Shown: positions 26,173-39,754, numbered from the stretch's first letter. The stretch: 64,000 nt of DNA from Lama guanicoe (GCA_013239625.1 MU054096.1:285098-349097), one strand, 5' to 3'. The notes: generated by a model not told the origin, from the sequence alone. Numbers and translations are program-made.

Positions 26173-26869
26173 CCATGTTAAGGAAATTTTCTAAAACCCC
26201 TGCCCTTTCGTTGCCAATGAGCTACACAAGTCAGGATTTTTCCAGACGTGTTTCTTTCGATCAGATACCAGCAAATGTGGTTTTGAAAAATGAAATCTCA
26301 ACTCTGCTTAGTAATGATCGTGACTAATGCGGCTCAGAGGTAAAGCATCCAAAGGTAACGCACTTGGACTTGCAGGAACACTCCAGAGTTTTGCAATAGT
26401 AGAGATATTAGAAAAATAGAGTTGTTTATTCATCTTAAGTCCTAACAATTACTTGCATCCAGCTGAACAAGGCATCGTATGCAAGTGACTTTCTGATATT
26501 TAGGCCCTTCTGACCCCAAAAGGGCACAGAACAAAAAAAATGGAAGAAATGGACAACTTAGGAAATTTCTTATTAACCGTCAAGAGAAAAATTAGCTTAA
26601 ATTATGCAGCAGAAAAAGAGTAAAATAAATGTTTGCTTTATTTAAATGAATTCTCCTTCTGGTATGCCCACTGGGACATAACAATTATAGTCAGGTTCAT
26701 TTCACCAATTTTTTTTTTCCATCTTTGAGTTTTTGGAACACTTTCTGATTTATGACTAAAAGAATTTGGGGGTAAAAGCTGATTTTTTTTTCAGGTTATT
26801 TCTGGGACATTTTAGATCTCTACTACCATCACTAAACATTTATTAAATACAAAAATGTTTTGTGTGTGT

Positions 26870-27010
26870 CTTAACTTTCCTGACATCATCCCTGTGAGAC
26901 ATTATTATTGCCATTTTACAGATGAAGAAACTGAGGCACTGAGAAGTTAAATGACTTGTCTGAGGTCACAAGTAACAAGGGGAGTTCAAACCCAGGTCTG
27001 ATTCTTCACC
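26870..27010 (-). mobile_element. MIR
   Basis: ccattttacagatgaagaaactgaggcactgagaagttaaatgacttg. Confidence 0.85.
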
Positions 27011-27099
27011 TGTTGCTGCTAGATATTAAACCACAGGATAGCAATTAGGAACGGACCATTTTTTGAATAGCAGACAAAATTATTACCACTAAATCCGTC

Positions 27100-27990
27100 C
27101 CACACTCAAGGGATGAGGAATTAAGTTCCACTTTCTGGAGTGGAGAGTCTACATTTATTAACTGGAATTCTTCTGCATAAAAGATCTAGTCCCTGTCTTC
27201 CATGTATTTATTTATGTATTTACTTATTCAATCATTTACTTATTCAATCATTTACCTGCATCAATATGTACTCAGGGATGTTTTGTTTATTCCTTGGGTT
27301 ATAATGCCGTATTATCATATTTATTTTCTTGCTCAAATTGTCCAGCTTTGGCCATTGGGAGCTGTTGCAAGTTGGCACCTACGTCCTTTTGAAATGGTCA
27401 ATACTTTTTTTCTTGGAGAACTTCTGAATTTCTGGAATTATAAAGTGCTCCAAGCTCATTTTCCCTATCCCAGCCTTTTCTCTGAGCAGCTTTGATTCTC
27501 TTTATTGGAGACGGGCCTTTAGAATCCAAGGGCTAAGACACTGGGGGTGCTCCCCGCTGCTGGGCATCAGCCAACAGCCAGGAGACACATGTGTATCGAA
27601 TAGCCCAGGTGTGCACACATCGCTGTATCTATTTTTGTATCTAGCCATCTGCATGTATATATTAATATGGGTATAAAAATAAACACAATTTCATACTGAT
27701 ACTTCCTACTCTGATCTAACACCATAGAGGACCTTCTAGCTTTTCCCTCTTGCATATTTGTAACTCCTTTCTCTGACCTGTATTTACTTATTTGCTCGAC
27801 CCAAAGCCCTGTAAGAAACAGACTTACCAACTATAATGAGGGGTTTATGTAGTGTTCTTTCTGTCTTCAGTCTTACAGTCCCCAAAGTCCCATCTCCGAA
27901 AGTGACTTAGGCCAATCCCCACACCCCCACTTCTGTGAGGTCACATCATGTGTTTGTGATAAAGCTAAATGTATTTGTCATAGGCAGCAT
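27100..27990 (-). mobile_element. Old L1M 3'UTR (L1MC/MD-like)
   Basis: tgctcaaattgtccagctttggccattgggagc motif. Confidence 0.6.
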
Positions 27991-28377
27991 TCCATTCTGG
28001 AACGGGGTAGATTTTTACAGTCCATTTCCACAAGGCTTTATTGAATAACAAGACAGCTAGAAACTACACAATACTTTAAAATTCACAGTATATTTTAGTG
28101 TCAGTATATATGTAAGGTGATTATTCAAATGATTATGTGTTCTCTGGAGAAAAGCATCCATGAAAAGAAAACAAAATGGAACAAAATGTCGCCAGGAAGC
28201 CAATAGCTTGGAATTAACCACAGTCAAAATTTTGGGCTGTTTTCTTCTAGACTCTTCTAGATGGTGAACAAAAATGACATTCTACAATTCTCGATCTTTC
28301 AAATGTGCTTTTTTTTACCTTTACTATATCATTAAGGTAGAGAGTATTTTGATATTTAAAAACACACATTAAAAAAA

Positions 28378-28625
28378 AATGGAGGAGGGTGGGAAGGGAT
28401 AAACTGGGAATTTGAGATTTGCAGATACTGGCTGGTATATCTAAAATAGATAAACAAGCTTATACTGTAGAGCACAGGGAAATATATTCAGTAGTTTGTA
28501 ATGGCATACAGTGAAAAAATATGAAAAATGAATGTATGTATATTCATGTATGACTGAAGCATTGCGCTGTACATCAGAAATTGACACAACATTGTAAACT
28601 GACTATACTTCAATAAAAAAAAAAA
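28378..28625 (+). mobile_element. L1 3' end with poly(A)
   Basis: ...aaattgacacaacattgtaaactgactatacttcaataaaaaa. Confidence 0.88.
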
Positions 28626-29537
28626 GCACTTTTTTTCCCCTTTCCCCAGAAATTTCAGATTAGTACTTAGAAATGCACACAAACATTAACACAGCCCTAT
28701 CAGTAAGCAACGGGCTTCTCCTGGCAAAGTGAGTTGATTAATATACTGTGTGCAGACATTAATTGTTGGTGTGAATTAAGAATTGAATCCTGGTTTTAAA
28801 GATGTTACCCACGCAGTGCAATCAAAAAAAGCATTTAACTGGATTTGTTCATGAATTCCGCGGCGTGCTGTTGAATAGCTAATTTATGATTGCATCAGTC
28901 TTTAAAATAATCGATTAATAAAATTGGGAGTACAGTGGGGCAGGGATTCATTCTCTCAGTCAACTGCGGACACCCGCTGGAGAACATTCTGCCTGCAGAT
29001 GGAGTGAAGGCCTGGTTACCATGCTCAGCAGACAGGGAGCGCAGATCCACACCATTCTCTCCCACTGCCGAGGAGGCTGCCAACAGCGCAACTAAGTCAG
29101 CAGAGGGAGTGGAAAACTTGAATGCAGGCTTAATCTTCTTTGGTGTTAATTAGTGTTGTCTTTGGTTTAAATCGTGTTTTATAATTTATTGACTCGAAAA
29201 AGCAATTGCTTATCGGCTTTGTAAAGGTAACTGCACTTCCTGCGAGCAGCTCTTGGCACTTGTGGAGGAAAAACCTGGGACCCTGAGCCCTTGCTGCTTT
29301 CAGAAACCTAGTTTTTCCACTGCGGTTTGGGCTTATGAAAGTTCAGGGTAGAAGTACCCATCCAGGGAAGCACTGTCAAGCTCAGATTCAGAGAAATCTA
29401 GAAAATCCACAACTAGATGGGAGGGGAGTAAAAAGCCTGAAGTCAAGTATTCATTCATTGATTCAGTCAGTCAGTTATTCAGTCAACAAACCAACCCACC
29501 ACTGACTGAGCACTGGCAATTGTAAGAGGTAAAGATC

Positions 29538-30630
29538 AGGGGCATCGCGGTACTGCTGCCCCGCTTCCGGCTGGGAAGGGGATCAGGAGGAGGCAGAGGA
29601 CCAAAGGAGGAGGGAGGAGAGGGGGCAGAAGATGGGGAGAGGAAGGGGAGAGGAGGGGAGGAGGAGGAGGAGCCCAGCGAGGCACACAGTGCGTCCTTGA
29701 GGGGAGGGAGACCCGTTGCTGGGAGTCCAGCACCAGCAGGCTCGGCCAGGACCTGGGAGAGGCGGCCAGTGCTGACCAAATGACCGCCATCCCTCCAGGA
29801 GCCGGCCGCAAGCCCTGGCATGTGCCCCTGCCAGCCCCTGAGGTTCAGACACCATTGCTGAGGGTCATCTATGTGTATAACTGAATCCCGTTGTTGAACA
29901 TCTGAAACTAACATTGTAAATCAATTACACTTCAATAAAAAATTGAAAAAAAAAAGAAGGGGTTACCTGCCTGGATGTGTTGGGGGAAATGTCGCTGCTA
30001 AAGATGAAGCTGTTCGGCAGCTGCAAAACCAGCGCCCCCAACGCCCCCCAGGAGCTGATCAGAATGCTTGTGTCCACCGAACACAAGATGGAGGAGAGCA
30101 GGAGAGCAGTCGCTGGCGCTGGTGGCGGTGGACGACCGCGAGCCTGCCTGCCTGCCGGGCCTGGCCTGCAGACCTGGGGGGTGGGGGTCCTGCGCCACCT
30201 TCAGCCTGGAGGGTCCTCAGCCTCGCTCAGCAGAAGACTGGGGGCCACTCCCAGGAGAGCCAGTCCCCTGATGTCAGTCTGTGGCACCCTGTGCTCTAGC
30301 CTCTGCCCTGCCAGCCCTGACGAGCCCTGTTTCTTCTCTAACCTTGTGCTGAGGAGGAGGAGGAGGAGAGGGAGGAGGAGGAGGAGGAGGAAGAGGACCT
30401 AAGCTGGAAGGGCATGTTTGCCTTCCCTTCCCTTGCAGCCTGGATACCAAAGGCTGCAGCTACAAGTATGAGATGGTACCACCCACCAGCCCTCCAGCTA
30501 CATGACTGGGTGGCCAAGCTGTCACCTCGCCCGCTGCAGGAGGCCCGCTGGAGGAGGAGGTTGCACCCACCCAGTCTGACGCCACCGCCTGAACCCACCC
30601 CGTACATCGCAACCTTCCTGTGCTGTGAAG
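29538..30630 (+). pseudogene. Candidate processed pseudogene/retrocopy, parent unidentified, interrupted by an L1 3' tip at 29871-29958
   Basis: Sharp GC-rich, mRNA-like block with two GAG-rich (Glu-like) tracts, next to an L2-like tail; long stop-free frame once the L1 is removed. Confidence 0.55.
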
Positions 30631-31092
30631 CCCTTGGCCTGGAGTGCTGGTTCTCAAACTGAGCTCTGTGGGACCCCTGGTGGGGTTCCAGGAGGTACCC
30701 AGGGCATGGAGGACCCTGGAAGGAAACTCAGGCTTGCAGAAAGCATCCTGGGGACTCTGAGCACCCATTCCCCTTTTTTCCCAGCCCACGCCTCACTCCC
30801 AGTCTGTCAGTTACAATTTCTGTCCTCCCCTGTGAGATATTTTTGTCATCGGAATAAAAATTGGAGACTCCTGAATCCATGTTCCCAACAACAACATGAA
30901 CAGATTTGGCCTGGGGTTGACGAGAAGGTGGGAAAGTGAGCACCCTCACATACCACTGATGGAAAAGTAAATTAATCTATCTTTTCATATATTAATATGG
31001 GAGGTGGAACTTTGACAGTATCGGTCAGTACTCCAAGTGTGCATACCCTATTACTCAACAAGCCCGATTCTAGGAGTGTATCCTATGAAATA

Positions 31093-31242
31093 CAGGTGAA
31101 CCTTATTATTCGTGAATTCTATATTTGCCAATTTGCCTGTTCACTACAATGTATCAGTAACCCCCAAATCAACATGCATGGCACTTCCGGGGTCATCCGT
31201 GGACATGGGCAGAGCAGGGAAAACTGAGTCAAGAATTGACTG
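31093..31242 (+). mobile_element. Internally deleted Tigger-type DNA transposon (MER82-like)
   Basis: TA|CAGGTGAACCTT ... AAGAATTGACTG|TA: imperfect terminal inverted repeats with TA duplication. Confidence 0.65.
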
Positions 31243-32531
31243 TATTCCCACAGATGTGAAAGAAATCCATGTGTATTCAAGTTCTTTCAACAAATGTGTG
31301 TTGAAAATAGCAACACAGGCATTTGGACTCCCATCTATGAACCAAACGGAAAAGGAATTTGCCCTCTCAGGGCTGACATTCTTAGCAGAACAAGAATCAT
31401 TACAGAATTGTTTGAAAAGACAGAAAAAGTAGAAACACCTCCATGTCCAGTAAGAGGAGACTGACAGTCTATAGGCCAGCAATCATCCTCCTTGGGACAT
31501 CTTAAAGGAAATGAGGAGTGTGTCCAAAAAACAGATGGACACAAGACAGCGCTGAGCAGCTTAACTGACAATAAAAGGCTAGTCAAATTATGGCACATAT
31601 TTACAAGGGAACACTGCAGGCATGGAAAATGATGTGGTTGTAAATTTACTGATATAGAGCAAATCCAGGACTAGTTTCTGACTGAAAGAAAAATTAGTTT
31701 CCAAACTGCATGTATTTGAGGCCCCAAATCTGTGAAAATGTATAGCTATCTTCACACACACAAACACACACACAGAGAGACACATGTTTGCAAAGAGCTA
31801 TTTGGAAGATGTTTACAAGGGCTTTCTTTGGTAGTGGGATATCAGAAAATGTGTACTTGTTTATTCCACCTTTCTGTACTTTCTCCATTTTTTTTCATGC
31901 TGTATTTGAAGATGCAGTAGCGTTCCCACTTACAGTCGCAAATCTGCGTGATCCTGTGCTTTACCAGTCCAGCTTTCCCAGGGCTTCCTCTGGCAATTCC
32001 CAGATTCCCTAGGGGATCATATATTTGTCCTTCAGGGAGCCCTTACTTGGCTGGTCTTTTGGTTCATAGGAGAGAGCAGGATTCTCCTGCCCTCTTCCCA
32101 TCAAGTCCAGGAATCGTCCACATAGGTCACTTCTCACCCCTTTCCACCCAGTCACCAGAAGGTGATGCTCCCATCAAGCTGTGTCCACGGGCTGACCTCA
32201 TCTCTTTAAGACCCATCACTTTAGGTAGGAAAAGGAGGCATTTGTACCTCCCCTTCCCCAGCTCCCGACCTCCTAACCCCACCCCCACCAAAGGAGCAGC
32301 TCTGCCCCTCGTTTTCCTTAACGTTGAAAACTAGAGATCTTGTTCCTCGGTCCCTCCTCTGCCCCTGCAGCCAGCAGCCCCAAGCCTCAGAGCAGGGCTG
32401 TGCTGTCTCTCCCAGCTTCTCAGCATCAGGCCAGGGAGGACCACTTCTGATCCGTAATGACTGAGAATTGGGGGATGGAATTGGCCCCAGAGCAGTTAGT
32501 GTTTCTTTTCAGCTGTCTTATTAAAGACGCA

Positions 32532-32534
<3 letters not shown>

Positions 32535-32566
<32 letters not shown>
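32535..32566. repeat. (GT)n microsatellite
   Basis: About 16 uninterrupted GT units. Confidence 0.95.
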
Positions 32567-32568
<2 letters not shown>

Positions 32569-33056
32569 AGTGCTATTCAATTCAACTGCTTTTCCGATCA
32601 CAAAGCGGGGTTTTTGTTGGGAAAGCCAGAAATTCAAGCCCGGGAGCAGCTGGGAAGCGCGTGGACAGAGGCGCATACACCGGCTGACCCTCTGCAGGAA
32701 ATGTCTGCTTAGTCATTTAGTCGAGACAATGCTCAGCCTGTGGTCTGAGCCCCGCGTTCTGAGACGTGTGTGCTATTTCTGTAGTAAAGGTAGAGGGTCG
32801 AGGGCACCTGGCACCTTGCGTGGTCTGCAGGGTGTCCCAGCCTCTGCACCACTCTCGCCGTGGCTCCTCTCCAGCCCCGGGGTCCCCTGAGTGTGGGCAA
32901 AATCCCAGCACCACGTCGGGGCGCATGCGTGAGCGCTGCCCCTGAAAGAGTAAGAAACCAACACGATGGCTACTGATTTGTTCAGTTGTCCCTGTACGTC
33001 TAGCTAAACTGATCTTGTGACTCACACGCTCCCTTCCCTGTGTACGCTTTTCTTAG

Positions 33057-33400
33057 TGTCAGGTAGTTAGATAAGTGGGGGCACCGGGCAGATAAGGTGG
33101 AGGAGGGGGAGGATGGTCCAGAAGACGGCGTGATGCTCACTTCCAGCATAAAGGGGTTTTACTTCCTCTAAACTAGTGCCAGCGAGAAACTGGCTAGAAC
33201 CCGATGGTGGTAACTGCATGGCAGTGACAAGGACCTAGCCCGACATGACCCAGTGCTCACTGTAATATAATCAGCACTGCAGTTTAGGCCCCCCACCCAT
33301 GGGTTTTTCTGTGTGCATCATGGGTAAGGACATGTGTGAAGGGGACAAACATGATTGGGCATTCCAGGGGCAAGAGCTGTCAGTCAGTCAACAGACCACC
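33057..33400 (+). mobile_element. Possible partial LTR
   Basis: Starts tgtcaggtagttagataag, resembling the LTR start at 19474(-). Confidence 0.4.
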
Positions 33401-36388
33401 TCTAAGCGAGAGTATAAGAGAAAAGGCAGGCAAAGACCACTGCTACCTGACCTTGGACCAGCCCACCTCAGGAGAATCCGATTAAACTGGTCTGGGTGCA
33501 GCCTGGGAAGCTGGATTTTTAAAAAACTCCCCAGCTAACTCTAAGAGGTGGCAAAGTTTGAGAATCACTGTCTGAAAGGACACATTGTGAGACCAGGTTA
33601 TATATGGGGGTCACACTGACTTCTCAGAGGTGCCTCTGACCCAAGTGAATTGGAAACTTCTCTGAAAATCCCTTTTTCATGACCGTGCTGTTTGCCACCC
33701 CAAGGCGGGAGCAGCCGGCTGCCCCCGACCTGCTCCCAGGTGGTCCCCAGGATACACCTGACAGTGAATACAGCCTGCTTCATGTTCAGAATGGCCCAAG
33801 CAAACATGCTCCAGGACGTGGCAGAGCTCACGGGTGACTTGTACAAAAAAGGCAGTTTGTTCCAATTATGGTGCAAAAATAGGAAGAATGCCTTCCAACA
33901 TATGTTCTCTCTGCCTGGTACATTATTGTCAACCTAATCTTTATTCCTCACAATAGATGCTTCTTTTCGCAGAGGACTTGCATTTAGCACCAGGAAACGG
34001 GATGGGCTGCAGGCTGAGTGCACTCCTAGTAGAGAAGGAAGACCTTGCTTGCATCACACGGGTCAAGAGACCCCCACTCTCCCTCTTCCACTGGACCTTC
34101 CGGCCACAAAAGGAGCCTCCAGGCAGGAGCTGTGTGCTCTCAGTAGCAGATACCACTTTACTTCTGAAGCTGTGTTTATCCGAGACCCAGCAACCGATTT
34201 CTAAGTGGGAGCCATGGTGTTTACTTTGCAAAAGCAGTTTCCTGAGGGCAAGGAAGGCAAGACTTTTACTTCTCCTCCTGGGCCGGCCCATCCCTCATCC
34301 ATTCAAGCTGATGCAACCATCAGCTTCGCTGCCGCTTAATCTCATTTCAGACACTCCGCCCGACACGTCATTAATCCTCAGTGTTGCCTAAATCAGCAAT
34401 AAGGCACAAAGGTTTTCCCCAAACTGGCAACCTTAGACCCAACGCCATCGTGAACACAGAAGCTTCGTGTGGGCTGAAATGTGGTTCAAGGGCTATGAAG
34501 GAGAGAAAGATGAATCCCAGATGGTGGTTCAAATAAAGATGATATTTAATGGAGCTTTGGCCCCAAGGAGAAACCCTTGAAAGTACCCCCTGGTTCTGGA
34601 TACTGTCTTTTATCTCTGTCACCTTCTCTACCTATATTTTCCTCTGTCAGGAAACAGTGAGAACTTGAAGCTCCAGAGTTTTCCTTGTAATACGCCCTCG
34701 CTGTGGTTCACTTTGCCTAGAAGTCTCTCTGGAGAGCTCCGATTATAATTAGAACTTTTCTTCGAAATTCATGGAAAACCTCCATTTGACCCTGCAGGAG
34801 GTCATGGGGGACTCAGTGTAGAACGATATATAATGTTTTAAAACATCAACTGCAATTTCCCCAATTCTCATAACCTCCTCGTGCTTTCCAAACCTCTCTC
34901 GCTACTTTTTGTTCAACAGCTTCAAAGAGTAAAGCCCTTGGTCCCATGTCATCACTGGCCAAGGAATGAGAATCCAGATTTCTGGCCCAATTCCATTTTC
35001 CATGACTTCTGTGCTGATTTCTGGCAAGAATGGGGAAAGGACTTCTTTGAGGGGAAGACACACAGACTGGTTGTTGGCCACCAGATCTAAGGAGTCAAAG
35101 GGTCCAGTCCACAAAGGGCAGGAGCTATTTCCAGAATGTGAGGCGAGAGAGTTGGGGGCTGGAGGGTATGAGACCTCACAGGTCCTCTTCGTTCCAGTCA
35201 GTTAAGGAGACACTGGGCTGGTGAGGGTGAGGACTCAGAGGACAAGTCCTGCCCAAACCCCTTGCTGCCCCCCCTCCCACCTCCAGCCCTGGAATTTATT
35301 TTTCCTCTCAGGCCAGTACAAACTGTCTCATCTCTGAGTGAGTCAGAAGAAACTGGATTCCAAGGCCTTTCGAAAGCCACGTTCAAGATTAAAGGCTTAA
35401 TCTGAGTGAGTGTCGAGACTCCAGCCCAGCAGAAATTTTGGGGACTTCACAGGGGCTGGGGTTAGCTTTCCAACGTTTCCACAAAACAGCTTAGAGGCAC
35501 AAATCCCCAACCCTCTGCTCCATCACTCAGCACCTTGCTGTCTAGGTCTCAGTGGTTACCCTTGCTGCCGGCCCCCACCCCCCAGAGGAAGAGGAGAGGT
35601 GCTGGTTTCCCATAGAAATGTGGATTGAGTGGTCATGCAGGGCATGGTTCTGCATCAGATGCAGAAATCTCTGCTGTGTCCAGCGAGATGTGGCCATGAC
35701 CCCAGTGCTGCCAGCACGGTGCAGGTCCCTGGGTCCCCTTTTCAGGTTAGCCCCCAAAACCGACCCAGAGAAAGTTAGGTTTCAGGCCATCTTGGACCAT
35801 AACGAGCCTGCCCTCCCAGTGGATGGATGAGTAGTAACCAAGCCCTCAACCTTTAAGAGCCAGGGTGACCCAGATTCACAGAGCTGCTGACAGCGCCAGG
35901 ACACGACCCCAGATTCCCTGAATGCTGGTCAGAGGGCCACATGCCCTTTGGTTTTCCTTGCACGACAATCGAATTGGCAGTAGTGAACAGTCTGGTTATG
36001 CTGTTCTCGCCCTGAAATGCTCCCTTACATCCAGATGTCTCCGACGCATCCTTCAAGATTCAGTTCAAGTGTCTCTGGTCCCTGGTATGGGGATCAGAGA
36101 TGGTCCAGGGGGCCCCTGTGCTCCAGTCACAGCACTCAGGCCATTGCCCTGGGACCACCACCCCCAACTTGTGACCCTCGCCTGCAAAGATCACGACCCC
36201 TTGATTTTTATGGAAATGATGTCTGACAGGTTGGTGGCCCCCTGTCTGGTGAATGACAGGTGAACAGCTAGAGTGTCATCACCCTGCCTGCCTCCAGGTG
36301 CCTGGCAACGGGAGGCTGTACTTCGCAGCCCTCCGGGGTCTCACCGTCTATGTAATGACAATAAGTTATTTTAAAAACAAATAGAAGG

Positions 36389-36548
36389 TGGGGAGGGTGT
36401 AGCTCAGTGGTAAAACACATGCTTAGCATGCATGAGGTTCTGGGTTCAATCCCTAGTACCTCCATCAAAAAGCAAGTAAACCTAATTCCTCCCCCACTAC
36501 AGTATTTTTTTAAATAAATAAATAACAAATTTAAAAAAATCAAACAAG
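36389..36548 (+). mobile_element. vic-1-like SINE
   Basis: Full tRNA-like head; TSD core CAAATAGAA at 36378-36386 and 36549-36557. Confidence 0.9.
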
Positions 36549-37575
36549 CAAATAGAAAAATGCAAATCCATTAAGCAAGATCCGAGTGTCGTAAAAGCCC
36601 ATTTTCCAGAGGACGCAGAGAAGCTGAGATCATATCACGGCTAATTTCAAGCATCTTATCACAGATACACGCTCTTGTCGCTGAATTTGCTGCCTCCTTG
36701 GCATGGAGACCAGGAAGGCTTTATCAGTAGAGTCTTTCATCCTCTGTCCCTTAGCAAGGGCTGTGGTTCCCCTGGCCCCGGCCCCAGTGTCCGCTGTCTC
36801 AGCTGGCCAAGGCTGAAGTACAACCACGCAGTCAGACTCCTGCCTGAGGATAAGTACCTAACTTATCACCGGAACCATCAGAGTTGGAGGCAGAAATGGA
36901 CCCAAGGCTTCCTGGGCGGGAGACCCGGGAGTCAGGCTGTACCCACGAAAGCCACATCGGGCGAGGACCGGCCTCCCTCCCTGGCCTCTGCCTCTTTCTT
37001 GGTAAGCGGAGGTTAAGTCAGGGAGGCAACTGGTGAAGTGTTGTCTGGATTAGGGCTGAAGTGTCGTAAGAATGCAGGTAACTGTTGCTGAGAGGAACTA
37101 TGTATTGCAGCCTGTTAATGATGGAGGAGGCAATAGTACTAATAGTTACAGCTCATTCCCACGACAGACAGAGGCTGGAGCGGAAAGCACTGAGGATGGC
37201 CGGGCGCCCTCTGCTGGTTCTTGCCAACGCTGCCCCCTGCCGGCCACAGGCTGCATGACACCTGTGAGCTTCCAGGGCCCACCGCGCAGGGGTGCAGGGC
37301 TGGGAGCAAGCGGCCGGAGACCGAGACCACCGTGGGGCGGGGCAGGGACTTATCAAAGCTCACACCACCGCTTACAGCCAGCCCCAGGCGGAAATGGGCA
37401 CAGCCAGGTGCTCCTGGAGCGCTTGAAACGCCACTAATGATGGAAAGCGCGCACCCGCCTGTGCTTCCTTGGAGAATCCGGTTTAGAATTGGCCTTAAAA
37501 TGTATCAGGCCCGAATACCCTACTTCTCCTTATTTTTTCCAAAATAAAATGTCTTGTTTTCTTAACAAGCAAAAG

Positions 37576-37700
37576 GAAGGAGGGTATAGTTCAATGGTAG
37601 AGCGCGTGCTTAGCATGCACAAGGTCGTGGGTTCAATCACCAGCACCTCCATTAAAAAACAAATTAAAACCCCTAATTACTCCGCCCTCCCCCAAATAAT
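37576..37700 (+). mobile_element. vic-1-like SINE
   Basis: agggtatagttcaatggtagagcgcgtgcttagcatgcac...gggttcaat. Confidence 0.88.
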
Positions 37701-37834
37701 CTAATTTGCATGGTAATAACTCATGTAGGAACATCAACTATCTGAAGTGTATGTGGGAGCCTGGAAGTGAGTAGAAAAAATTCTAGGTGTGATGCTCAAT
37801 ACAAGGGCATTTGTTAAACTCATACTTAGGGTTT

Positions 37835-38330
37835 GGTTTTGTTTCGTTTTGTTTTGTTTTTAAGATGCATTTTTTTATTGAAGTATAATTGACATACAAT
37901 ATATACTAGTTCCAGGTGTACAACAAAGTGATTTGATATTTATATACATTACAAATTGATCACCACAGTAAGTCAAGCTACCACCTGGGGCCATACAAAG
38001 GCATTACGGTATTACTGACCGTATTTCCTGTGCTGTGAATTCACCCCTGTGACTTGTTTATTTTATAACTGTAAGTTTGTACCCCTTAATCCATTTCAAA
38101 TATTTCACCTAACTCCCCGGTAGTGACCACCAGTTTCTTCTCTGGATCTATGAGTCTTGCTTCTGTTTTGTTTTGTTTCTGTTGGTTTTTAGATTTCACA
38201 TATAAGTGAAATATATGAAATTTGTCTTTTTCTGACTTATTTCACTGAACCTAATACCCTCTAGATCCATTCATGTTGTTGCAAATGGCAAGATTTCATT
38301 TTTTATGGGTAATATTCATATATATATATA
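37835..38330 (-). mobile_element. L1 3' end (older subfamily)
   Basis: ttgaagtataattgacatacaat...ctctagatccattcatgttgttgcaaatggcaagatttcatt. Confidence 0.85.
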
Positions 38331-39186
38331 GCTCAGAGATTTAAATTAATCCTAAAAAGCTCCTTTACATGATTTTCTAGCCCTAAACAAATGGGAAGAA
38401 GGGAATTAAGAAGTAAATGTTAGTCCTGCTAGAGTCAGGCATACTGCCACAGGAAAAAGAATCCTCTAGGAAAATCCTCTAGGAGAACCAGCCCACTGGT
38501 GAGGGGACTATGATGCTGGGTTGACAATACCCAGGACATCTCTGCAGCCCTAAACACCTGGTTCTGCAGGGTCTGAAGCTCATACAATTCAAGGGACATT
38601 CCTCAAAAAAGAATTCAAACATAAAATATACAACTAGGTATAAAAGTGAATATTTCTTTCCAGTGGGGGGTCACAGCCTCATACACACTCCCTCAGTTAC
38701 CGGAGTTCTGCTGAATTAGATCCCTTTCTTCTGAGAGTTGCTGGCAATCGACCGAGATGTTTACATGGAAATAATTCCTTATTGCAGTCTGGTTTCCCTC
38801 CTCACCTAGAATGCCCTGTGATGTCCAGCCAGAGCCAGGGCCAGTCTTGAGGCCATGCTAATGAGTGCTCAGCCTGGAGGCTCCCTCAGTCCCTGGAAGG
38901 AGTGCAGGTCACAGGGACCAGCTTGCCCGTCCCCTAGTGCCATCAGTTGGATGCCCCAGCTCCACAGGAGAGGTCGACTCACATGCAGCTTACCTGATCA
39001 AGAAAGGCTGGAAAGTATACATTTTAACATTCCTCATGAAAAGTGTAGGAATTTTTCCCTTAAAGATTATTTTCATTAAAAAAAAAGATCATACACTAAA
39101 ACTGATTATCAGTGGCGTATACAGTTCTGTCCAGATTCGTGAAACCACCACCACAGTCAGGATATAGGGTAGGTGTATATAAATTT

Positions 39187-39295
39187 TGGGGGTGATAAGT
39201 GTATTTCTTTATTTTTTTAGTAGAGGTACTGGGGATTGAACCCAGACCCTCATGTATGCTAAGCATGTGCTCTACCACTGAGCTCCACCCTCCCA
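39187..39295 (-). mobile_element. vic-1-like SINE
   Basis: Reverse complement of the same head (gaggtactggggattgaacccag...ctaccactgagct). Confidence 0.88.
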
Positions 39296-39754
39296 CTACT
39301 ACAAATTTTTAAATACTATTGAAAGAGGTGATTTCTGTTAGCTGTGACATTATATGACATCCTTCACTTTCCCCAGCTGGTGGCTGAGGAATCGTGACTG
39401 TATCACGAATCCACGTTGTGTTGGATGACAAGTATGCTTCAAGGGTGATGGTATAGACTGTGTTCTGGATTCTCTTTCCCACCTGTCAAAGATTCACACC
39501 TTCGTGTGACCTTGCCTCCCCCACTCATTTGTTTTTTTTTAAAACCTCTAACTTCTTTCTGAAGATGCTCTTTTAAAAAAATTCAAGCCAGGAACTCCAA
39601 CTTTGGCCCTGGAGAAAGAATGTCCACAGGGAACAATGTGGAGGTTAAAAAAAAAGAAAAAAAGAGGCATGAACCATCCAATGAACTGTTTCTATTTCCC
39701 CAGCTTAGGTGGCACACCCCTGACCCCACCAGCCAGGGAACCCTGCCTGCACCT

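Noticed and set aside
29845..29865. FYVE-like RHHC motif in an alternative frame of the retrocopy candidate
   Set aside because: Immediately followed by a stop and lacking the remaining FYVE cysteine spacing.
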